Source: a virus (lineage: Duplodnaviria > Caudoviricetes). Taken from it: DNA of 43,536 nt. The stretch covers positions 1-43,536 of IMG/VR virus record IMGVR_UViG_3300028844_004072; one strand, given 5' to 3'. Below are positions 37,372-43,536 of the stretch, piece by piece. Numbering within the stretch: the first letter of the stretch is position 1; each line of letters begins with the position of its first letter. The notes under the pieces are model-generated. The model worked only from the letters and a program-made list of their open reading frames with translations, made no database searches and was not told the origin of the DNA. The translations under genes and the position numbers were made by a program.

Positions 37372-38970
37372 ATGAAAAAAGACGACGCAGCGCTACCAGC
37401 GGAGTTTCTCTACAGCAGGGCAAAAGACCCAGCGGCGGGAACGTCGGGATCTCCGAATTTTAGCCGAGAGATTTTGCCGCACGTTAGCAGCGTAAACGGC
37501 AGATACGGGCTAGTAAGCTATTCGTACCTATCCGCAGACCAAGCGATTTCCGATAGCCGAGAAAACGCGTATCGGATGCGTAACGATTGCGGGATAATGG
37601 AATCCCTGCACGCGAGACAACGCGCCGTTGCTCTACAGAATTGGTCGATTGAGCCCGAGGATTCTAGTAGCTACGAGCAGCAAGAGCTCGTTCGTTGCAT
37701 GACAGACATTTTGCAGGAAACGCCGCGATTTACCGAGATGCGACGCTGTTTGCTCGAGGCGTTATGGTACGGGCGATACATGACGCTCGGCACGTTTGAA
37801 AACAAGAGTATTGGCGGAATTAACCGTATTTGCTGCAACGGATGGAGCCCTCGCAACGGCGACAAATTGAAATTTAGATTCGACGACGGGACGCTGAAGC
37901 ACGTAAACGGCCAAGTCGGTATCCGCGTGAGCACCGCATATTCGGCACCAAGAAATTATCTGGACCCGACAACCGGAGAGGTTGTTCAGAAGGTACAGCC
38001 TACGGAGGAAGGGCTTGTCTATTGGCTGGACAAATGGGAACGTCGTCAGTCAGTCGTGCACAAGCACATGATCGAGGACGCACCGTTTTTCGAGCCAAAG
38101 ATGGCCGGGCGAATTAACGGCGTCGGTATCCGCGACTATATCTATTGGGATTGGTACGCAATGATCGAGTGCCTACAGCGAGTCGTGGAATACTTAGACA
38201 GAGCCGCGTTCGGCGTCGAAATATGGCCGTATCAGGCAGGTAGTCCAGCACAAAAAGCGGCGACCGAAAAAGCAGCCGAGGAAGCGATGGGAGGCGGTCG
38301 AACCATCATTCTCGCACCGATTCAGCCCGGCGAGGACCAAGAGCTCTACGTTCCAAGGCTTATTGAGCCGGGCCTAGGCGGTATCAACACGACTATCGAC
38401 ATGATACGAACGTACTGGGGTCACAAGATCAAAAGATTTATTCTAGGACAAGTGTTAAGCAGCGAGGCAGAAGCTACGGGACTCGGATCCGGCGTTGCCG
38501 ACGCTCACTTAGCTACGCTTGCCGATATTGTGCAATACGACAGCGTTAATCTCGAGGAAACAATCACGACGGATTTTCTTCGTCCATTGCAGCTATGGAA
38601 CTTTCCCAAAAGCGCTAACATACGATTACAGTTCCGCATTAGCACCGAGGAACCGGACAGCGACCGACGACTTGCTTCGATGAAAATGGCGTGGGATATG
38701 GGCATGAAAATTAAGGCCGACGAAGTTGCCGACACTATCGGCGTGTCGATGCCCGATGCAAGCGACGAAGTATTACAAAATCCGGCGTTCATGCAGGCAG
38801 GGCAAGCAGCGATGGGGATGCCAGAGGTTGAGTCGCAAATGGCGGCAATGCCACCGGCAGGAGTTCCAGCATCGAAGCCAATAGACTTGGGGCAGATAAT
38901 TGAGCAGAACAGCGCAAACGGCGCGGCAATGCGGCGAACGTTCAAAAACCGAGTCGAAACGTATTTGTAA
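37372..38970 (+). CDS. Portal protein (DUF935/Mu gp29-like)
   Basis: LLEALWYG and ILGQVLSS...GSGVADAH...D...LEETITTDFLRPLQLWNF. Confidence 0.88.
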   Translation: MKKDDAALPAEFLYSRAKDPAAGTSGSPNFSREILPHVSSVNGRYGLVSYSYLSADQAISDSRENAYRMRNDCGIMESLHARQRAVALQNWSIEPEDSSSYEQQELVRCMTDILQETPRFTEMRRCLLEALWYGRYMTLGTFENKSIGGINRICCNGWSPRNGDKLKFRFDDGTLKHVNGQVGIRVSTAYSAPRNYLDPTTGEVVQKVQPTEEGLVYWLDKWERRQSVVHKHMIEDAPFFEPKMAGRINGVGIRDYIYWDWYAMIECLQRVVEYLDRAAFGVEIWPYQAGSPAQKAATEKAAEEAMGGGRTIILAPIQPGEDQELYVPRLIEPGLGGINTTIDMIRTYWGHKIKRFILGQVLSSEAEATGLGSGVADAHLATLADIVQYDSVNLEETITTDFLRPLQLWNFPKSANIRLQFRISTEEPDSDRRLASMKMAWDMGMKIKADEVADTIGVSMPDASDEVLQNPAFMQAGQAAMGMPEVESQMAAMPPAGVPASKPIDLGQIIEQNSANGAAMRRTFKNRVETYL

Positions 38971-38985
38971 ACAGAGCCAAGAAAA

Positions 38986-40296
38986 ATGGAAAATTCAAAA
39001 TTACGGACACCAAAACGAGCGGAAGCATCCCCGCCGGTAAAGATAAATGCGCCGCCAGTAAAAACAAATGCGCCGCCAGTAAAAACAAATGCGCCGCCGG
39101 TAAAGATAAATGCGCCGCCGGTAAAGATAAATGCGCCGCCAGTAAAGACGAATGCGCCTAGCCGCGATGATAATTTACGAGGGCAAGCTACAGGCAATCA
39201 GCGCCAGCAGGCAAAGCCAACGTTTCGCGACACGGTAGAAAAAAAGCAGCAAGAGATTGCAAACGAAAAACAGAGCAGTATTACGCACGACGCGAAAAGC
39301 ATCGCGAAATCGCTCGGGGTCGACATAGAGACGGCTAAAAAATTACTAGAGCGGGGAACATTCGACGATCCGCCGCAGCCGGAGCAAAAACAGGGCAACG
39401 AAAAAGACGAGGCTCCGAAACAGAAAAGCGAGCCGCAGCAACCTCCAAAGCCACCACCACCACCCGGTTCACCAACTGACATGCGTCGACCACCGGTTTA
39501 CGAGACAACGCAGGCAGGAATTGACTTACAGGGACAAGACCCGACCCTAGACAGCCATATCGTCGCTTCCGGGTCGTTCGACGCAACACCGGATCAATTA
39601 CAGCAATTCGCACAAATGCTAGGATTGCCTAATTCGGAAAGCATTGAAAACGGACACCAGTTGCGGCTCGCGATTACTGAAAGCAATGCACAGCAAACCT
39701 TACGCGACGTGCTTCAAAAAACCGGTTATTTACCGCCAGAGCCAGAGCAACCCGGTATTTTCGGCGATTTTCGCAAAGGATTTGGCGAAGGGTACGCAAA
39801 GACGAGCGGATTGAATCTCGCGAAGCGAACCGGTGGAAAAATTCTTGACAAGGTTGCAGATGCAGCTATTGGGAGATTAAAAGGTCGTTTTCAAGCGGGT
39901 CAGTATGCAGCGGTCGCAATGAAGTCGTGGGACGAAATGACGCCGCTCGAGAGATCGGATTACGAGGACGAAGAAGATTACAACCGGCAATGCAAGAGCT
40001 ACGGAAAAAAAGAAGTCGACCGTTTACAGGCGAGCGGTAAATCGGAGAAACCCGGAATTGAAATGCCGAGCAAAAGCGTCGACAACGAGGACGCAGAAGA
40101 AGGCGACCAGCTAGGGCTATTCGGTGAAGGAAAAAAGGCAAGCAAAAACAAAAAGTTCAAGCTAGAGAACGAAAAAGAAAAGGGCAAGCAAAAGCTAATG
40201 TTTGACAGAATGGACGACCACCCCGACCAGCAATCTTTATTCGGCACGTTCGCCGAAGCGGTAGAGCGATATAGCGTTGACTTAAAAAAAAAGTAG
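38986..40296 (+). CDS. Low-complexity head-associated protein; short product and N-terminus of the frameshifted giant protein
   Basis: 436 aa, ends GAC TTA AAA AAA AAG TAG; PPVK[IT]NA repeats; QxxLF-like motifs. Confidence 0.8.
   Translation: MENSKLRTPKRAEASPPVKINAPPVKTNAPPVKTNAPPVKINAPPVKINAPPVKTNAPSRDDNLRGQATGNQRQQAKPTFRDTVEKKQQEIANEKQSSITHDAKSIAKSLGVDIETAKKLLERGTFDDPPQPEQKQGNEKDEAPKQKSEPQQPPKPPPPPGSPTDMRRPPVYETTQAGIDLQGQDPTLDSHIVASGSFDATPDQLQQFAQMLGLPNSESIENGHQLRLAITESNAQQTLRDVLQKTGYLPPEPEQPGIFGDFRKGFGEGYAKTSGLNLAKRTGGKILDKVADAAIGRLKGRFQAGQYAAVAMKSWDEMTPLERSDYEDEEDYNRQCKSYGKKEVDRLQASGKSEKPGIEMPSKSVDNEDAEEGDQLGLFGEGKKASKNKKFKLENEKEKGKQKLMFDRMDDHPDQQSLFGTFAEAVERYSVDLKKK
39031..39156 (+). 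repeat. 21-bp tandem repeat x6 (PPVK[I/T]NA)
   Basis: Variants ccgccggtaaagataaatgcg and ccgccagtaaaaacaaatgcg. Confidence 0.95.
40282..40296 (+). promoter_or_regulatory. Putative -1 recoding site (A9G followed by stop)
   Basis: TTA AAA AAA AAG TAG contains A AAA AAG. The -1 frame opens only at 40281 (stops at 40272 and 40278) and then runs 1731 codons from 40293. Confidence 0.7.
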
Positions 40297-43200
40297 ATAG
40301 GTACGGGCAAGAGGATTCGATTGACGGGCAGGGAGGCCCGCAGCCAACACGCATCGGACACAATATCGGCGATAGCGTAAGTGTTCCGAAGTACGAAAAC
40401 GTCGACGGGCAGCGGCAGATTACCGGAACGTATGATTTTACGGTAACGGAACACGACGGACACAACGCCACCCTGCATCACCCCGAAGCGGGCACCTTTA
40501 CGTTACCCAAAGACAGCGTAAAGCACTTCAGCGACGACCTGAACCAAATTACCGACGTGCCGGAGCACCCGAGCAACGCGGCAATAAATACTCTACGCAA
40601 CGGGCAGGGTACGTTTCTCGGCAAGGGCGACGACGGGCTGGTTTACGACACCCACGACGGTAACGTGGCGAAAGTCACCACCGTTGTCCCCTACAACCTT
40701 CAAAATTTCCGCCACCACACGCACGCGGTCGCCGACGCACGACGACAGGCCGAGATTAACAATCAAGCGTACAACGAAGGCCACGACGTATTCCTGCCGC
40801 AGCAATTTGAGGAGCACGGGGAAAAAGGTTTTACCACACGTCCAAAGCTAGAGATTGGCGGCACGTTGTCGCCTATGCAGATTGCCGAATACCGAGAAAA
40901 GATGCAAAGGGCTTGGGAAGCCGGGTGGAGAGTAAACGATACGGTTCAGCACGGAGTCGACGCGGAAGGTCGTATTCGCGTATATGACACCGGCAAGATG
41001 AGCAAAATTAGCCCGTCGCAAGATCCACAGGGATTCGACTTAGACGATTGGGGACAACTCTCCCACGCCCGCAAGTTGATGAGCGAGCACGGACACTATG
41101 ACGAGCAGAGCGATTCAGACGACATACGCGATTTTCTGAACGACGACTCGATGCAGCAACTTGCTTGGTACAACTCGCAGCACAAGCCGAAAGACAAAGT
41201 AAATCCGCTAGAAACGTTTGCACCGAGCCAATGGAAGCGGTTTACGGACGCAATTTACGGGTTGATCCAAAACGAAAGCGAGGAGCTAGGGTTTCACGTC
41301 GATGATGTTAGATCGTTGCTCGACGAAATAGATTCACAAGTAAAAGCAACGAGGCAAACACAGCCAGCGTTTACAGCCAAGACAAATGACGAAAACGCCG
41401 ACTTCTGGATTACGCGAAAAGGCGGCGAAAAAACGGTGGGCACGCCACATAAAGATTTTCGCAAAGAAAGCATCGGCATTACGGTCGACAAAAACCAGCT
41501 TGACCCAGCGTATGCGTTTTATTTGTTCCAGCACGTCAAAGATAACTTGAATTTTTGGGAGCCGCGTGCAAGGGGCACGCTCAATCTGAAAAACATTAGG
41601 TTGAGTGACGTGAAAGAGCTCGCGAAGGAAGTAGCTCCGGCGGACACAAAGCCAGTACCGAAAGGTTACGAGTCAATACTGCCGCTGCGAAAGGCTCTCG
41701 ACAAATACGAGAGCGAAACAGCTAATCGAGTGCTCGACAAAAGACTGCTCAACGCTCAAGCAATATTCGACAATGCAGTTACCGAATACGAGCAATACGA
41801 CGACGACGATCTGCCGCACGGCGAAAGCCTCGACGCTCATATCTATGACAGAGATTTATTTTCGCAGCTTGTTCCCGACCTAAGCGAACAGGATTTGGCA
41901 ACACTTTCACTTGCAGCGTACAGAACTGGCCCGTATCACGACGACGACAACTACCTTGTAGCCGGATTTGAAATCGAACCGAGCGAATTGTCTTACGGGT
42001 CAGACACCAGAGACGCAATCGTGTCAGCACTCACGTTGCAAGCCGATCTCGGATTAAATCACAAAGGAGAAAAATTCGCGATTGGTCAGAAAGATTACGA
42101 GGGCGTGAGCTACGAGCCGCAAACCATAAGGGAGCACGAATACGATGCGTTTCTGCGCAACCAATATTTAGAGACAGACGATTTTGGGTTAGCCGGATTC
42201 ATTACCGCCGATGGAGCAATGCTTGATTTAAGTGACGGAAGCGATAGCCGGATCGTAGACCATCGCGACGCCGCTATGACGGACGACGCGGCTAGGCGAT
42301 GGGGCTTAGAGCCGGATATGGGCAAAGACTATAGCCAATACCACAAATTGCACCACATTCTTTACAACGCCAACGCAATCAGATTTGACGCAAACGCCAA
42401 TATGCTTGATATGCCCGCGTACCCAACAACGGCACAGCTACAAACCATCGCAGACTTCATAAAAGAATATGCACCAGACTATATGGTGCTTCAACTCGGT
42501 GATGTTGAGTGGGACGCAGGCAACCCGACTATCGGCCTTTTGATGCGGCAATTCGAGTCGGTGGCAAACGGCATTAACCCGGGCGACGAAGGTTGGCCGG
42601 GCTCGGAGCATGACGACGAAGAAGAAGATTACTACGCAGCACGCTATGGGGCGGAGGACGACCCGATCAACCCAGACAATCTCGACGATGGGACGCCACC
42701 CGAGCCGAAAACAGATACATCGGATAATTACCTAACTATTTCAGAACCCAAGGGCAAGACGTACGAAAAAGGGCTCGGGAAGTCGCAATCAATCGGAGAA
42801 CCGCGAGAGATAGCGAAGGAAGCCGTTTTGCAAGCAGACGATTTTGAACAATTCGACCACAAGGCGTATGCAAATCAACCGATGTCGATTAACGACGGTG
42901 CGAGACTAATTAGCGCCTACGAATATCATTTAGAGGGCAATCACGCTCCAGCGCGAACCGAAGAATACGCAAGAGAGAACATTGAGCTTTCGCATCTTGT
43001 TCCAGACTTGTATCGACGCGACGAAAAACTACAGGATCTATACAAGCGGGTTCACCGAGCCGACAACGACCACCCAGACGAAGAAAACGATGAATACTAT
43101 TACCACGTTACTGAAAGACCTAACGCAGCTACTTACCTAAGCGAAGAAAACCTACAAGACCAGAATCCAGCCGGGCTCGATTTGATTGAAAAACAGGATC

Positions 43201-43536
43201 TTCGGTACTGGATGAGTTATTACGCACACAAGCAGCGGCAACGCAATATTGAACAAAATAAATTAGGTTTTAATAACGCGCCGCTATCAGAAGAAAAAGA
43301 CAGCCCGGAGAACAAAATGAAGTCGCAGTATTTTGAAAACTGGCGGCGGTATGCAAACAGTTCGCCACTAGAGTTCGACGACATACAGGTTCACAGAATA
43401 CCGAAAAGCAAAACACAGCCGTACTTAACGAAATCACCTAACCTATCGAAACATGACCCGATAGCCGGATACGATTACCCAGCGTTTACAACAAACACAA
43501 CGATAAAGCAGCAAGTTCGATACGCAAGAGAGCTAA
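40293..43536 (+). CDS. Giant polyvalent protein, middle part (kinase-like, HsdS-like and further domains); continues at nt 3
   Basis: Translated by hand: no stop from 40293 (VDRYGQEDSIDG...) to the end, in the same frame as 3..2096. Missing from the ORF track because it runs off the window end. Confidence 0.9.
43393..43536. repeat. Terminal direct repeat, right copy
   Basis: Identical to nt 1-144. Confidence 0.97.

Noticed and set aside
38505-39197. 230-aa minus-strand ORF with AF[IV]FTGG repeats (and other antisense ORFs in the track)
   Set aside because: It is the antisense shadow of the portal and the 21-bp repeat; the + strand genes have clear motifs and tight packing.
40294-40380. Amber readthrough or a recoded genetic code at TAG 40294
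   Set aside because: The zero frame hits TAA 27 codons later, and TAG is used as a normal stop elsewhere (e.g. the MCP).
43393-43536. 144-bp terminal repeat as a biological DTR
   Set aside because: It falls mid-gene with the frame intact, which is better explained as circular assembly overlap. True termini need read data.
1-43536. tRNA/rRNA genes, integrase/att site, transposase
   Set aside because: None recognised by eye, and the few intergenic gaps are explained by promoters and hairpins. tRNAscan-SE and HMM searches would be needed to exclude them formally.

Overview
A complete, circularly assembled tailed dsDNA phage genome of 43,392 bp unique sequence (nt 1-144 are repeated at 43393-43536). 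Nearly all genes are on the + strand. The head module is Mu-like: TerS, TerL, a KTSC-domain gene, DUF935-type portal, protease/scaffold, DUF2190-like cement, MCP and a gp36-like adaptor. Next come a lambda-like recombination/replication block (YqaJ, putative SSAP, DUF1376 initiator, loader, RusA-like), a membrane-protein/papain-protease cluster at the lysis position, and a tail/fibre block. A Planctomycetota host is a tentative inference. The main result is hidden from the ORF track. A 1731-codon frame runs from 40293 across the circular junction to 2096 with no plausible start of its own, and is joined to the 436-aa ORF upstream by a -1 slip at TTA AAA AAA AAG TAG. The predicted ~2,170-aa 'polyvalent' protein carries QxxLF clamp-type motifs, a kinase-like domain, an HsdS-like mini-domain and an ADP-ribosyltransferase. 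It is followed by a 939-aa HEXXH protein, and together they fill the slot between portal and protease. These proteins share a recurring xxY-[A/S/G] motif with the scaffold, suggesting protease-processed, head-packaged effector polyproteins. All family assignments come from motif recognition by eye; no searches were run.
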